Sequence record: NC_105436.1
Source of the DNA: a phage
Reading direction: 5' to 3' (one strand)
Length of the DNA stretch: 51,253 bases
The notes beneath the pieces were generated by a model that searched no databases, had not been told where the DNA came from, and worked only from the letters and a program-made list of their open reading frames with translations. This document shows positions 36,246 through 47,210 of the stretch, piece by piece. Position numbers and translations under genes: made by a program. Every line of letters starts with the position of its first letter. Position 1 is the first letter of the stretch.

Positions 36246-36822
36246 GCTATCTGGTTCCCTGGGTCGTAGATTTGGCGTCTTTCACAAAATGGCGGTTGAC
36301 TCATACCCCGAAGCAATACGCGCGTTATCTTCCCAGGTTGAAGGGTTCAAGGACTACATGCAAAGCGAAGTAGGATCGCGAATGAAGTATGCTGTATTCG
36401 TTGATGGAAAAAACGTTGGTCAGCATGATGAAAAATCATGGAAGTGCGCGCGAGAGGTTCGAATAGTTCCTGTTCCAACTGGTTCTAAGTCCGGCGGCCT
36501 GTTCAATGTTGTTTTTGGTGCTGTAATTATGGCTACTGCGTTCATTACTGGCGGTGCAAGCCTGGCGGCTATGGGCGCTTTTGCATCTTCCGCATTTATG
36601 ATGGGTGGTGCTATCGCGCTTGGCGGTGTCATGCAAATGATCTCGCCGCAGCAGGGCGGAATGAAACTGCAAAGCCAATCAGCAGAAAATAAGCCTTCTT
36701 ACGCTTTCGGCGGCGCAGTAAATACCACGGCGGCAGGTTATCCGGTTCCTTTGCCATATGGATATAGGACAGTAGGCGGCGCGATCTGGTCGGCTGGCAG
36801 CTACGCAGAAGATAAAGCATAA
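36226..36822 (+). CDS. tail assembly protein (lambda gpI-like)
   Basis: 198 aa with Gly/Ala-rich hydrophobic C-terminal half; overlaps the gpK-like gene end. Confidence 0.6.
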   Translation: MTLKVIKLSGSLGRRFGVFHKMAVDSYPEAIRALSSQVEGFKDYMQSEVGSRMKYAVFVDGKNVGQHDEKSWKCAREVRIVPVPTGSKSGGLFNVVFGAVIMATAFITGGASLAAMGAFASSAFMMGGAIALGGVMQMISPQQGGMKLQSQSAENKPSYAFGGAVNTTAAGYPVPLPYGYRTVGGAIWSAGSYAEDKA

Positions 36823-36828
36823 AAAAAT

Positions 36829-36851
36829 ACCCGCCTTGCGCGGGTTTTTTT
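36829..36851 (+). terminator. terminator-like hairpin + T-run
   Basis: ACCCGC/GCGGGT stem + T7, followed by TTTATAATG upstream of the gpJ-like gene. Confidence 0.55.
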
Positions 36852-36900
36852 GTGCCTTTATAATGTGCAAACCAAGAAACAGCACAAAAGGTTAAAAGTC

Positions 36901-39900
36901 ATGGCTAAATATATGATAAGTGGCAGTAAAGGTGGCGGTCAAAAGCCCTACGTGCCAAAAGAGATGGAAGATAACCTAATCTCGATAAATAAGATTAAAG
37001 TTTTGCTTGCTGTATCTGACGGCGAGTGCGATCCAAATTTCACGTTGCGCGATCTTTATCTTGATGATGTTCCGGTTATTGCCAGCGATGGCACTGTTAA
37101 CTACGAGGGAGTTACGGCTGAATATCGACCAGGTACGCAGACGCAAGATTACATCCAGGGGTTTACTGACACATCAAGCGAGGTGACAGTTTCGCGAGAT
37201 ATTACAGCAGACAATCCTTATGTTATATCTGTGACAAACAAAAATCTTTCTGCAATCAGAATCAAGATTCTGATGCCAGTTGGCATGAAGCAGGAGGATA
37301 ACGGCGATCTTGTTGGCGTAAGGGTTCAATATGCCGTAGATATGGCTGTTGATGGCGGTTCTTATAACGAGGTTATGAGAGATGTAATTGACGGCAAGAC
37401 GAGATCAGGATATGACCGCAGCAGAAGGATTGATCTTCCTAAGTTTGATGAGCGCGTTTTAATCAGGGTCAAGCGACTGACTCCAGACAGCACATCTTCA
37501 AAGGTGACTGATAAAATCAAACTGCAAAGTTACGCTGAGGTTGTGGATGCAAAATTCCGTTATCCTCTGACTGGCCTTGTATTCGTAGAATTTGACAGCG
37601 AATTGTTTCCTACGCAAATCCCTAACATTTCTATAAAAAAGAAATGGAAGATTATTAATGTGCCAAGCAACTATGATCCAATATCAAGAGAATATCACGG
37701 GTCATGGGATGGGACTTTTAAAAAAGCGTGGTCAAATAATCCTGCTTGGGTTCTTTATGATCTGGTAACGAATCAGCGTTATGGGCTTGACCAGCGAGAG
37801 TTAGGAATACAGATCGACAAGTGGAGCTTATACGAGGCAGGCGTTTACTGCGATCAGAAAGTTCCAGACGGTAAGGGCGGTACAGAGCCTCGCTACCTAT
37901 GCGATGTGGTGATTCAGAATCAAGTTGAGGCTTATCAGCTAATCCGTGACATTTGCTCAATCTTTCGCGGAATGAGCTTTTGGAATGGTGAGAGCTTATC
38001 AATCGTGATTGATAAGCCGCGCGATCCATCATACGTGTTTACTAATGAAAACGTCATCAACGGTGATTTTCAGTACACAACCGCAAGCGAAAAAAGCATG
38101 TACACGCAATGTAATGTGACGTTTGACGACGAACAAAACATGTATCAACAGGACGTCGAGGGGGTTTTTGATACTGAGGCTGCATTGCGATTTGGATACA
38201 ATCCAACAAGCATTACAGCGATCGGGTGTACACGCAGGAGCGAAGCGAATCGTCGCGGTCGGTGGGTTTTGAAAACAAACCTTAGAAGCACTACTGTAAA
38301 CTTTGCTACCGGACTAGAGGGGATGATTCCATCCATAGGTGATGTGATTGCTATCGCTGATAATTTTCAGAGCAGCAATCTAACGTTAAATCTTTCGGGC
38401 CGAGTAATGGAAGTTTCAGGCTTGCAAGTTTTCGTTCCGTTTAAAGTTGATGCGCGTCCTGGTGATTTTATTATCATCAATAAGCCGGACGGCAAGCCAG
38501 TTAAGCGAACGATCTCAAAGGTGAGCGCAGACGGAAAAACCATTGAGTTAAATATTGGCTTTGGTTTTGATGTTAAGCCTGATACTGTTTTTGCGATTGA
38601 CCGTACTGACCTTGCGTTGCAGCAATACGTTGTGACAACTATCAGCAAGGGTGATGACGAAAACGAGTTTACCTATTCAATCACGGCTGTAGAGTACGAT
38701 CCGAACAAATACGACGAGATTGATTATGGAGTAAACATTGATGACAGGCCAACTTCAATTGTTCAGCCTGACGTGATGGCAGCGCCTGAGAACGTGCAGA
38801 TCTCTTCTTATTCTCGCGTCGTGCAGGGTGTAAGCGTTGAAACTATGGTTGTGTCGTGGGAAAAAGTTCCTTATGCGTCACTGTATGAAATGCAATGGCG
38901 AAAAGGTGATGGCAACTGGCTGAATACGCCGCAGACAGCTAACAAAGAGATAGAGGTAGAAGGGATTTACTCGGGGAACTATCAAGTAAGGGTTAGATCT
39001 GTTTCTGCAAGTGGGAACACCTCCCCGTGGTCAAAGATTGCAACCGCCACACTGACAGGTAAAGTTGGCGAGCCAGGGGCGCCGATTAATCTTACAGCTT
39101 CTGATAATGAAGTTTTTGGCATTCGTGTCAAATGGGGTATGCCGGAAGGATCAGGCGATACGGCTTACATTGAGCTTCACCAATCGCCAGACGGAACGGT
39201 TGAAAACTCAAGCCTGCTTACGCTGATTCCATATCCTCAATATGAGTATTGGCATAGCACGTTACCAGCGGGTCAAGTTGTATGGTATAGAATCCGTAGC
39301 GTTGACAGGATCGGCAACGTTTCCGGCTGGACTGACTTTGTTCGTGGCATGGCGTCAGATGATGTTGAATCTGTTTTAGGCGACATTCTGGACAAGATTT
39401 TTGATACCGAAGCGGGTCAAGAAATCAAAGAGAACGCCATAGACAGTGCCAACAAAATCAAAGACCAAGCGCAATCAATCATCCAGAACGCATTAGCAAA
39501 CGATGCTGATGTGAAGTGGACGCGAGTACAAAACGGAAAGCGTAAGGCTGAATATGGTCATGCTCTTGAGCTTATCGCCAACGAAACTGAGGCGCGCGTA
39601 ACTCAAATCGAAGAGTTAAGGGCGTCAATTGATGAAGATATAGTTTCAAGTATCAAAACCGTTCAGGAAGCGATTGCCAACGAATCAGAGACGCGAGCTA
39701 CTCAAGTTCAGCAGCTTGATTCTAAATTTACGAAGGAAATAGACGGCGTAAAACGAGATACGGCTGCAAGTATTGGTGAGGTAAGGCAAACCATTACCAA
39801 TGAATCAGAAGCGCGCGCTCAGGCCGTTCAGCAGCTTGACGCTAAGTTCACGAAAGAGATAAACGACCTTGACGGAGTTATCAAAACAGAAGTCGAGGCT

Positions 39901-40479
39901 AACATCTCAGAAGTGAAACAGGCGATCGCCAATGAGACAGAGGCAAGGGTTCAGGCTGACCAGTCTTTAACAGCTAAATTCGGAGACGTTGAATCAGCAC
40001 TAGCAGAAAAACTTGATTCGTGGGCTAACGTTGATTCGGTTGGCGCTAAGTACGCTATGAAATTGGGCCTTACTTACAATGGGCAGAAGTACAGCGCAGG
40101 AATGGTAATGCAGCTATCGCAATCGTCGCAGGGGTTGATCTCACAAATCCTTTTCGATGCTAACCGATTTGCAATTATGACCAGTTCGTCAGGTGGCGTT
40201 TACACATTGCCGTTTGTAGTAGAAAATAACCAGGTTTTTATCAACAGTTTGTTGGTGAAAAACGGGTCCATTACTAACGCAATGATTGGCAACGTTATTC
40301 AGTCAAATAACTTTGTTCAGAATCAGCAAGGATGGAGGCTTGATAAAAATGGTAACTTTGAGAACTACGGAACTAGAGCGGGAGAAGGAGCTACAAAATT
40401 CACTAACGAAGGCTTAAAGGTGAAAGATGCAAATGGACGATTGAGAGTTGAGATAGGGAGAATAACCGGAAGTTGGTAA
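36901..40479 (+). CDS. central tail fibre / host specificity protein (lambda gpJ-like)
   Basis: About 1192 aa, start at ATG 36901; position after K/I; C-terminal coiled-coil repeats. Confidence 0.8.
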   Translation: MAKYMISGSKGGGQKPYVPKEMEDNLISINKIKVLLAVSDGECDPNFTLRDLYLDDVPVIASDGTVNYEGVTAEYRPGTQTQDYIQGFTDTSSEVTVSRDITADNPYVISVTNKNLSAIRIKILMPVGMKQEDNGDLVGVRVQYAVDMAVDGGSYNEVMRDVIDGKTRSGYDRSRRIDLPKFDERVLIRVKRLTPDSTSSKVTDKIKLQSYAEVVDAKFRYPLTGLVFVEFDSELFPTQIPNISIKKKWKIINVPSNYDPISREYHGSWDGTFKKAWSNNPAWVLYDLVTNQRYGLDQRELGIQIDKWSLYEAGVYCDQKVPDGKGGTEPRYLCDVVIQNQVEAYQLIRDICSIFRGMSFWNGESLSIVIDKPRDPSYVFTNENVINGDFQYTTASEKSMYTQCNVTFDDEQNMYQQDVEGVFDTEAALRFGYNPTSITAIGCTRRSEANRRGRWVLKTNLRSTTVNFATGLEGMIPSIGDVIAIADNFQSSNLTLNLSGRVMEVSGLQVFVPFKVDARPGDFIIINKPDGKPVKRTISKVSADGKTIELNIGFGFDVKPDTVFAIDRTDLALQQYVVTTISKGDDENEFTYSITAVEYDPNKYDEIDYGVNIDDRPTSIVQPDVMAAPENVQISSYSRVVQGVSVETMVVSWEKVPYASLYEMQWRKGDGNWLNTPQTANKEIEVEGIYSGNYQVRVRSVSASGNTSPWSKIATATLTGKVGEPGAPINLTASDNEVFGIRVKWGMPEGSGDTAYIELHQSPDGTVENSSLLTLIPYPQYEYWHSTLPAGQVVWYRIRSVDRIGNVSGWTDFVRGMASDDVESVLGDILDKIFDTEAGQEIKENAIDSANKIKDQAQSIIQNALANDADVKWTRVQNGKRKAEYGHALELIANETEARVTQIEELRASIDEDIVSSIKTVQEAIANESETRATQVQQLDSKFTKEIDGVKRDTAASIGEVRQTITNESEARAQAVQQLDAKFTKEINDLDGVIKTEVEANISEVKQAIANETEARVQADQSLTAKFGDVESALAEKLDSWANVDSVGAKYAMKLGLTYNGQKYSAGMVMQLSQSSQGLISQILFDANRFAIMTSSSGGVYTLPFVVENNQVFINSLLVKNGSITNAMIGNVIQSNNFVQNQQGWRLDKNGNFENYGTRAGEGATKFTNEGLKVKDANGRLRVEIGRITGSW

Positions 40480-40480
40480 A

Positions 40481-40505
40481 AAAAAGGGGGCATAGCCCCC
40501 TTTAA
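40481..40505. terminator. bidirectional terminator candidate
   Basis: A-run, GGGGGC/GCCCCC stem, T-run; between convergent gpJ-like gene and minus-strand genes. Confidence 0.7.
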
Positions 40506-40507
40506 TT

Positions 40508-41122
40508 TTAATCATAGTGTGATGAATTTATAACCAAAACAGATGAAGCCGTGTAAATACCAACAGGACCAGAAGTTTGTGCAACCTGCCTAGATAAAGA
40601 ATATACCCCGTTGCCATACGCGGCAGCTTGAGACTCAAATATCATGAATCCACCTAAAGACGGATTACGCACAGAGTTTAAAGCTGTTAGTGATGGCATG
40701 ATGGCGCAAGGGTATCCCAAGTTAACGTCAAAAGTGATCCCGCTTACAGATACAAGTTTTGCATCTAAAGGCTTCATCTTTCCATGATAAACCATCTCAC
40801 CATTAGCATTATAAAAAGCTATTCCGTGACTACCAGGAGGAGTAACAATATTGCTAAAAGCATAAACAAATACCTCACCTTGATTGTCGGACTTTTCTAT
40901 CTTTATTGCGTGCTTACCACCATTATTAAATTGAGTAAATGCTATGTATGATTTTGATGTTAACCTTACAAAAAAGAAGCACGGTCTATTTATTGGTATA
41001 GAAGTATTAAAAACGGTTCCTGTTTTTGCTGATATTTTACCTTTATCTATAAGGTTAACAGGAGTGAAATCTGGACTTAACCACAATGATCCGTCTGGTT
41101 TTTTTATGCTCATCCCGTACAT
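40508..41122 (-). CDS. hypothetical protein (tail/receptor-binding locus)
   Basis: Start at ATG 41122 with RBS GGGGG; convergent with the gpJ-like gene; no motif recognised. Confidence 0.45.
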   Translation of the reverse strand: MYGMSIKKPDGSLWLSPDFTPVNLIDKGKISAKTGTVFNTSIPINRPCFFFVRLTSKSYIAFTQFNNGGKHAIKIEKSDNQGEVFVYAFSNIVTPPGSHGIAFYNANGEMVYHGKMKPLDAKLVSVSGITFDVNLGYPCAIMPSLTALNSVRNPSLGGFMIFESQAAAYGNGVYSLSRQVAQTSGPVGIYTASSVLVINSSHYD

Positions 41123-41124
41123 TA

Positions 41125-41403
41125 TTACCCCCAAAAAGTATATATATATCTTGAGTCAGATCCAGAAAGTCCGCTCCATGTAACGGTATCACCACTTACA
41201 CCTAAACTTGGAGCGCCTGGATCGCCTCCGCGCCACGAACTCATTCCAACATATATTGCTTTCAACGACTTACCTGGCGGCCTGTTTGAGTAGGTCTTAC
41301 TGCCAGATGATTGAGTAAATTTATCCAAGAAAAAAACTGGAGTTAAAAGGCCAGTAACATTTCTACCTTGCTCATCATATATTGCATACCCATATTCAGC
41401 CAT
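41125..41403 (-). CDS. hypothetical protein
   Basis: 92-aa ORF, Gly/Ser-rich. Confidence 0.4.
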   Translation of the reverse strand: MAEYGYAIYDEQGRNVTGLLTPVFFLDKFTQSSGSKTYSNRPPGKSLKAIYVGMSSWRGGDPGAPSLGVSGDTVTWSGLSGSDSRYIYTFWG

Positions 41404-41677
41404 TTTTGCACCTCAAATCAATGAATTTTCTTTCATCTTGCCAACGGTTGATAAATTTAACTTCTTTATTGTCAACGCTCAACCTGTATTGCTTTTGGCT
41501 GAATCTGTTTTCGCGGACCGCATTAATTTTAACTTCATGGAATCCGTTAACAGGGAATGTTTTAACGTTAAATTTTGCCGTGCAATCGATCTCCTTGAAG
41601 TTGCCAGTAGGCGAAGAAGAACATCCGGTCAGAGCGGCTACGGTGGCTATAACTGCGATTAATTTTTTCATCTTCAA
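41396..41677 (-). CDS. putative lipoprotein (candidate superinfection-exclusion factor)
   Basis: Signal peptide with lipobox LTGC; mature part with 3 Cys; RBS AAGGAG; box cassette upstream. Confidence 0.55.
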   Translation of the reverse strand: MKMKKLIAVIATVAALTGCSSSPTGNFKEIDCTAKFNVKTFPVNGFHEVKINAVRENRFSQKQYRLSVDNKEVKFINRWQDERKFIDLRCKNG

Positions 41678-41702
41678 TACTCCTTAGTTGTTGTTGACTG
41701 TA

Positions 41703-41746
41703 ACTATACACGATCCGGCAAGCCGAGTTTAGCAAAAAGTGCTACT
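41703..41746 (-). promoter_or_regulatory. box cassette variant (minus strand)
   Basis: Minus strand AGTAGCACTTTTTGCTAAAC + 21-nt spacer + TATAGT; upstream of the lipoprotein gene. Confidence 0.5.
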
Positions 41747-42114
41747 TGTTATTTTTTGTTTTCCGGTGTTATCTGATTTAAGACGGCGTAAATTTAGCGC
41801 AAATTTTAGCCAACATAAGAACAATAAATAATCAATAAAATAGGTATATACATATAAAATCAATAGTTTATTTATTTATGTATGTGTATTTGTTTTTTCT
41901 TGTTATCTGTGTTTCTTGTGGTTTTGGTTGTTTGTGGTGATTTTTCTTTCTGAGTATCTGTATGTGCCATCATTCATGTGTATGTATATAATCCGGCGTA
42001 TCTGAGAGAACAAGGGAACAAGAAAAATAACATATATTAATCATTAACTTACGCGTCAAATTTGTTTTATTGCCATCTTAGAACGTTTAGAAAACAGAAA
42101 AAACAAAACAACTA

Positions 42115-42142
42115 TTGACTAAATCAACCAAATGGCTACAAT
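42115..42142 (+). promoter_or_regulatory. near-consensus sigma70-type promoter (TTGACT-16-TACAAT)
   Basis: TTGACT at 42115-42120, 16-bp spacer, TACAAT at 42137-42142; upstream of the exonuclease/Erf/SSB operon; shares ACCAAAT.GC spacer core with the 11652 promoter. Confidence 0.65.
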
Positions 42143-42172
42143 GCACACACAAAGCAACGAGGAGCATTAAAG

Positions 42173-43228
42173 ATGAGTGATTTTAACGCCTACACTAGCG
42201 AAGAAATGAGCAACGAGCTTTATCATGATCCTAACGCATGGACGGCTGAATATGTCAGCGGTTCCAGCCTGGCGGAGATTTACAGCACTTGCCCGGCGTA
42301 CTGGAAGTACAAGCCTCGCCAGGAAACCAAAGCACTTGTTTTCGGTACGCAGTCGCATACCAATTTTGAAAGCAAGGAGTTATTCGAAAAAACATATCGC
42401 CGCGCACCGTCGCAGGATGATTTTAAAGATCTGATCACAAGTCAAACGGCGTTGGCCTCAAAGCTGAAATCTTTTGGCCTGAAAGGTACAACGGGTAAGC
42501 AATACCCCGAATTGCTGGAAATGCTGTACAAGTGCGGTGAGGATCTCAATGTATGGTGGCTTATCGAAATGATGGCAGAATGCCAGGCCGCAGCGGACGG
42601 CGTGCAGTTAATCGACGCGAAAGATTATGATGCCTGTGTAGCGATGCGGCGCGTACTTGAGGCAATACCTGAGCATAATGCTTGCATGAATAGCCCAACC
42701 GCGCAGCGTGAAATGTCAATATTCGGGATCATCAATGGCGTAAAAGTTAAAGTGCGCCTTGATCACGTTGACGTAAACAAGGATGTAAAGGCCACAATCA
42801 TTAACGGTTACGACGAAAAAGGCCGACCGATTTATGAAGAAGTCATCTATCCAGAAGCTGTGATTATCACTGACTATAAAACAACGGTTAGCGCAAATCC
42901 GGTTGACTTCCAGCGCCTGGCTTACAATCACGGCTATTATCTCAAAATGGCTTTGCAGCATGATTTATTTAAAAAGGCGTATCCAGACGAGGAAAGGCCA
43001 GTAATTGTGAGATTGCTTGCTCAAGAGAAGAAAGAGCCTTACTTGCCGCTCGCATTCCGCATGAACATTGAGCAATTGAAGATCGGTCGCATCCAGTACA
43101 TGAGCGTGATCAACAAGTTCAACGTTTGCCAACAGTTAGATGAATGGCCTTCGTATGCAAACGGGCAACCAGAAATTGATCTTGATACTCCTGATTGGGT
43201 ACGCGCTCAATTCAGGCAGTATCTATGA
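42173..43228 (+). CDS. PD-(D/E)XK recombination exonuclease
   Basis: D ... (D/E)xK arrangement (RLDHVDV ... ITDYKTT); first gene of the recombination module. Confidence 0.6.
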   Translation: MSDFNAYTSEEMSNELYHDPNAWTAEYVSGSSLAEIYSTCPAYWKYKPRQETKALVFGTQSHTNFESKELFEKTYRRAPSQDDFKDLITSQTALASKLKSFGLKGTTGKQYPELLEMLYKCGEDLNVWWLIEMMAECQAAADGVQLIDAKDYDACVAMRRVLEAIPEHNACMNSPTAQREMSIFGIINGVKVKVRLDHVDVNKDVKATIINGYDEKGRPIYEEVIYPEAVIITDYKTTVSANPVDFQRLAYNHGYYLKMALQHDLFKKAYPDEERPVIVRLLAQEKKEPYLPLAFRMNIEQLKIGRIQYMSVINKFNVCQQLDEWPSYANGQPEIDLDTPDWVRAQFRQYL

Positions 43229-43289
43229 CAAACCAAATAAATAGATAAACTTTTATAATGGTTGGTGATATAATTCGCCAACCAGATAA

Positions 43290-43958
<669 letters not shown>

Positions 43959-43963
43959 TAAAC

Positions 43964-43983
43964 GGGGCGCTTGCGCCCCTTTT
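43964..43983 (+). terminator. terminator-like hairpin
   Basis: GGGGCGC/GCGCCCC stem + TTTT between Erf-like and SSB genes. Confidence 0.45.
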
Positions 43984-44001
43984 GTCATAGGAGAAAACAA
44001 A

Positions 44002-44454
44002 ATGCACGTTATTACAGGTGAGATCCGAAAAGAGCCAAAAGTAAAGCAAATGCCTAACGGCAGCACGCTATATGTTGTTGAGCTTTCCGAGCGATACAAA
44101 GACCGAGAAGGAAATTGGCAGTATACAAACTATGTGTTTTTCTTTAACGCGAAAACAGACGGCCTGAATGGTTGGTATGCTGAGGCTTTCCAAGTAGGAA
44201 AGGTTATTTCTGTTTCCTGCGATACCTTGCGAGTTGAAACGCGAGAATACAACGGAAAGATTTACAGCACCGTGCAGCCTGGCGGATTTGCAAACCTGCT
44301 ATTTAGCCAGCGCGGAGAAAGCCAGCAACAATATCAGCAGCGAACGCAAGGAGGCTGGGGGCAACCACAACAGCAACAGCAACAAAATACTCAACAGCAG
44401 CCACAGCAAAGCAATCAGCCGCCGATTGACTTTGACGATGATATACCATTCTAA
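44002..44454 (+). CDS. ssb: single-stranded DNA-binding protein
   Basis: OB-fold-sized N-terminal domain, Gln/Gly-rich linker, acidic C-terminal tail ending DFDDDIPF. Confidence 0.8.
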   Translation: MHVITGEIRKEPKVKQMPNGSTLYVVELSERYKDREGNWQYTNYVFFFNAKTDGLNGWYAEAFQVGKVISVSCDTLRVETREYNGKIYSTVQPGGFANLLFSQRGESQQQYQQRTQGGWGQPQQQQQQNTQQQPQQSNQPPIDFDDDIPF

Positions 44455-44456
44455 TA

Positions 44457-44485
44457 ACAAAAAGCCCCGCATATGCGGGGCATTT
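44457..44485. terminator. bidirectional terminator candidate
   Basis: A-run, GCCCCGC/GCGGGGC stem, T-run; between convergent SSB and fibre genes. Confidence 0.7.
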
Positions 44486-47104
44486 TTATTTGAGATCAAC
44501 AAGTTTTGCAACCATCGACTTTAATTCGTCAACCTCACTTCTTAGCGATCGCAATTCCTCCTCCTGCTCTTTGCAAACTTGCAATATGTATGCAGTTACC
44601 GCTGAGTAGTCAACTTGTAGAAATCTTTCCTTCCCAATAAGTTCGCTACCGTCTTTTGTTGGGCCATGCAATTGCTGATAATCCTCAAAAGAACTAATAG
44701 CCTCCGGCACAACCTCCATGATCTCTTGAGCTATAACTCCAGCATAAGGCATACCATCTTTCTTTAACGTGTATGTATACCCACTAACTTTCTCAAGACC
44801 TAGCCTTGCATTTTCAATTGGTTTAATGTCAGTTTTCAAATCTCTGTCTGACCCCTGGTTAAATGCTGTTGCGTTCACAGGTCCGTTAACTTGCAGGTGT
44901 TTAGAGTTATTTGAGTTTAACTGAGCATAGAACACCCATCCAGGGCCGTTATCGAAACCCCACTCAATAACCGACTGACGATCTGACCCGTTGCCCCACA
45001 ACTTGAAGGTTGCCGGGTGTGACGAGTTGCCATCGTTCAGCATTTTGAAATACTTACCACTCGGTCGGTCTATCTCCAAACTCGCCGCCTGTACATATGC
45101 TTTCCCCGCGAAATTCTTAGTTCCGAGTACGACGCCGTCGGTGATCAACTCAACCTTAGAAGACGTGATGTCGTTCAGAAACAGCGCGCTCGTTCCGGTG
45201 TCCTTCCCTAAAAACCAAAGACGTGTGCCAGCGGAGTTGTACCCTGTTACGTGCAGTGGTTGGTTGTTTGTTGACGCTGTTCCGTCGATACGAAAACCGC
45301 CATTAGCAGTTGTAACTTTAATGGTTGGTACGGTCATAGCGAATGCGCCACTGGCAGCAAGGCCGTTATACGCGATCAGCTTGTTGTCATACGCAAGCTC
45401 ACCATTGTCGCGCATTTGTAGCACTTTCTGCGACGTCCTGTTGCGAATGCCAACATCCGTGCCGCCTACAAACATTTCGACGATTCGATCACCGCTTTTA
45501 GCTCTCACGTAAGCGTTATATTCCGGCGACGACCCCGCGTTATACAACTCGTACCATTTCGACCAGATGCCAGTAGTCGCGTTACTAAGCCATCGCATAA
45601 AACGACGCCCGCTATTGTATCCTGTAAACGTCTGTATGCAGCTTTTAGGATCGTTAGCGCCAGTGCGCTGAACAAGTAGACAACCTGCTTCCTGAACGGG
45701 ATAATTACGCTCCGGCGTTGCGTTGGCAGATAAGCCAGTATAATAAAATCCAGCCTTATCACCCTGAAGGATGTTAAGGTCTTCGCTAACCAACGTTGCC
45801 CTGCGCTCATGCATGACCTGAAGGTTGGCGCGCGCTCCCTGGTCGTTCGATGCGCCTGTCCCACCGTCCCCGATCGCCACGTCACCGTTAGCACCCAGCT
45901 TCGCCAGTTCAATGGCGCCCACATTTCCAGATGAGCCGTTAATCGCGGCATTGTTTCCAGCGAAAACCTTCACGCGAGAGGTCTGGTAGTCAACGTTAAA
46001 CGCAAAAAATGTGTCACCAGCCCCGCCGCACACCCCTGGACCATACCTGAACGGCGTCATCTCGCCAGAAGGGAACTGCGTAATATCATCGACGCGCCAG
46101 AATCCTCCTTTGACAGTATCGCGCAACCGCTTGAGCATATCCCTTACGCCAGTCGGCGCAGGTAATGTTACACCCGCATACGGCACTCTATTTTGAGCCT
46201 CTGAACTTTCAGCAGCAGCCGCTGCGCGATCAGCCTCTGTTTTAGCCTTGCTTGCACTGTTTGCAGCATTAGTTTCAGATGTTTTGGCGTTTGTCTCAGA
46301 AGTCTTCGCGGCACTAGCCGAGTTAGCAGCATTAGTTTCCGATGTTTTAGCCGCATTCTTACTTGCATTAGCTGCATTTTCAGATGCTTTGGCATTAGTT
46401 TCCGATGTTTTAGCAGCAGATGCAGAATTAGCAGCAGCAGCCTTGTTTGCGCTTGAGTTTGTCTCTGATTCCTTTGCGTTAGCTGCCGCGACTGAAGCCT
46501 CATTCCTGAAATTTTCAGACTCGTATCTATACCTTTGGGCGTCTGTTTTGCTGGTATTTGCTGCATTTTCAGATGCTTTGGCATTAGTTTCCGATGTTTT
46601 AGCCGCATTCTTACTTGCATTAGCTGCATTTTCAGATGCTTTGGCATTAGTTTCCGATGTTTTAGCGTTTGTCTCAGAAGTCTTCGCAGCGCTGGCGCTT
46701 TGTTTTGCTGATTCAGCGCCTTGTTTCACCTGATTTACAAGATCTTTCAACCCATCAAGATCGAAATCTCTAAAAAATTCAAGTGCGTCAGCGATCTCCG
46801 TTTCCTTGCTTTGATAGTAACGCAGTGTTTCCGCTACGTCCTGCGCCAGCCCGTCAACCGTTAACGAGTCATGAAGCAAGATCAGGTAATTTGTCTTTTG
46901 GACTACCGCGCCGCCAGTAGTAATTGCGCGAATGCTTGTATCGCTAATCACCTCTGTAATCACAGCAGCTTGCAAAGGTTGAGTAAGAAAGAAAATAGTT
47001 GCACCTGGGCGAATTAATGTTAATTGCTCACGCCATTTTGTATCGTAACCAGTTACATAACCTTGCGCGTCCATAGACGCTTGGCCTTGTCTGTAAATCG
47101 CCAT
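44486..47104 (-). CDS. lateral tail fibre with C-terminal intramolecular chaperone (peptidase S74-like) domain
   Basis: Start at ATG 47104 (RBS AGGAGG); tandem Ala/Ser/Thr/Asn-rich repeats; C-terminal segment ([30 protein letters not shown] ... [12 protein letters not shown]) typical of the auto-cleaving fibre chaperone domain. Confidence 0.8.
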   Translation of the reverse strand: MAIYRQGQASMDAQGYVTGYDTKWREQLTLIRPGATIFFLTQPLQAAVITEVISDTSIRAITTGGAVVQKTNYLILLHDSLTVDGLAQDVAETLRYYQSKETEIADALEFFRDFDLDGLKDLVNQVKQGAESAKQSASAAKTSETNAKTSETNAKASENAANASKNAAKTSETNAKASENAANTSKTDAQRYRYESENFRNEASVAAANAKESETNSSANKAAAANSASAAKTSETNAKASENAANASKNAAKTSETNAANSASAAKTSETNAKTSETNAANSASKAKTEADRAAAAAESSEAQNRVPYAGVTLPAPTGVRDMLKRLRDTVKGGFWRVDDITQFPSGEMTPFRYGPGVCGGAGDTFFAFNVDYQTSRVKVFAGNNAAINGSSGNVGAIELAKLGANGDVAIGDGGTGASNDQGARANLQVMHERRATLVSEDLNILQGDKAGFYYTGLSANATPERNYPVQEAGCLLVQRTGANDPKSCIQTFTGYNSGRRFMRWLSNATTGIWSKWYELYNAGSSPEYNAYVRAKSGDRIVEMFVGGTDVGIRNRTSQKVLQMRDNGELAYDNKLIAYNGLAASGAFAMTVPTIKVTTANGGFRIDGTASTNNQPLHVTGYNSAGTRLWFLGKDTGTSALFLNDITSSKVELITDGVVLGTKNFAGKAYVQAASLEIDRPSGKYFKMLNDGNSSHPATFKLWGNGSDRQSVIEWGFDNGPGWVFYAQLNSNNSKHLQVNGPVNATAFNQGSDRDLKTDIKPIENARLGLEKVSGYTYTLKKDGMPYAGVIAQEIMEVVPEAISSFEDYQQLHGPTKDGSELIGKERFLQVDYSAVTAYILQVCKEQEEELRSLRSEVDELKSMVAKLVDLK
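46250..46700. repeat. tandem and dispersed direct repeats inside the tail fibre gene
   Basis: Units such as GCATTAGTTTCCGATGTTTTAGC and GTTTGTCTCAGAAGTCTTCGC recur several times; they encode the A/S/T/N-rich protein repeats. Confidence 0.8.
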
Positions 47105-47120
47105 TTGTAAAATCCTCCTA

Positions 47121-47154
47121 AATAGCACTTTTTGCTAATGACAATGCAGATAAT
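47121..47154 (+). promoter_or_regulatory. box copy facing away from adjacent fibre gene
   Basis: AATAGCACTTTTTGCTAA on the plus strand directly abutting the minus-strand fibre gene RBS; no plus-strand gene downstream. Confidence 0.35.
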
Positions 47155-47170
47155 AGCATTTTCAAGTGTA

Positions 47171-47194
47171 AAAAAAACCCCCGCATAAGCGGGG
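47171..47194 (-). terminator. rho-independent terminator candidate (minus strand)
   Basis: Minus strand CCCCGCTTATGCGGGG + T7, downstream of the primase gene. Confidence 0.6.
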
Positions 47195-47210
47195 CAATAC
47201 TAGCGGAGTT

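Noticed and set aside
46250-46700. Possible CRISPR-like repeat array
   Set aside because: The repeats are coding, in-frame, lack unique spacers of regular length, and sit inside the fibre gene; they are protein repeats.
46248-46733. 161-aa plus-strand ORF rich in Ala/Leu/Val/Ser repeats
   Set aside because: It lies entirely antisense within the repetitive part of the tail fibre gene and mirrors its repeats; it is a shadow ORF.
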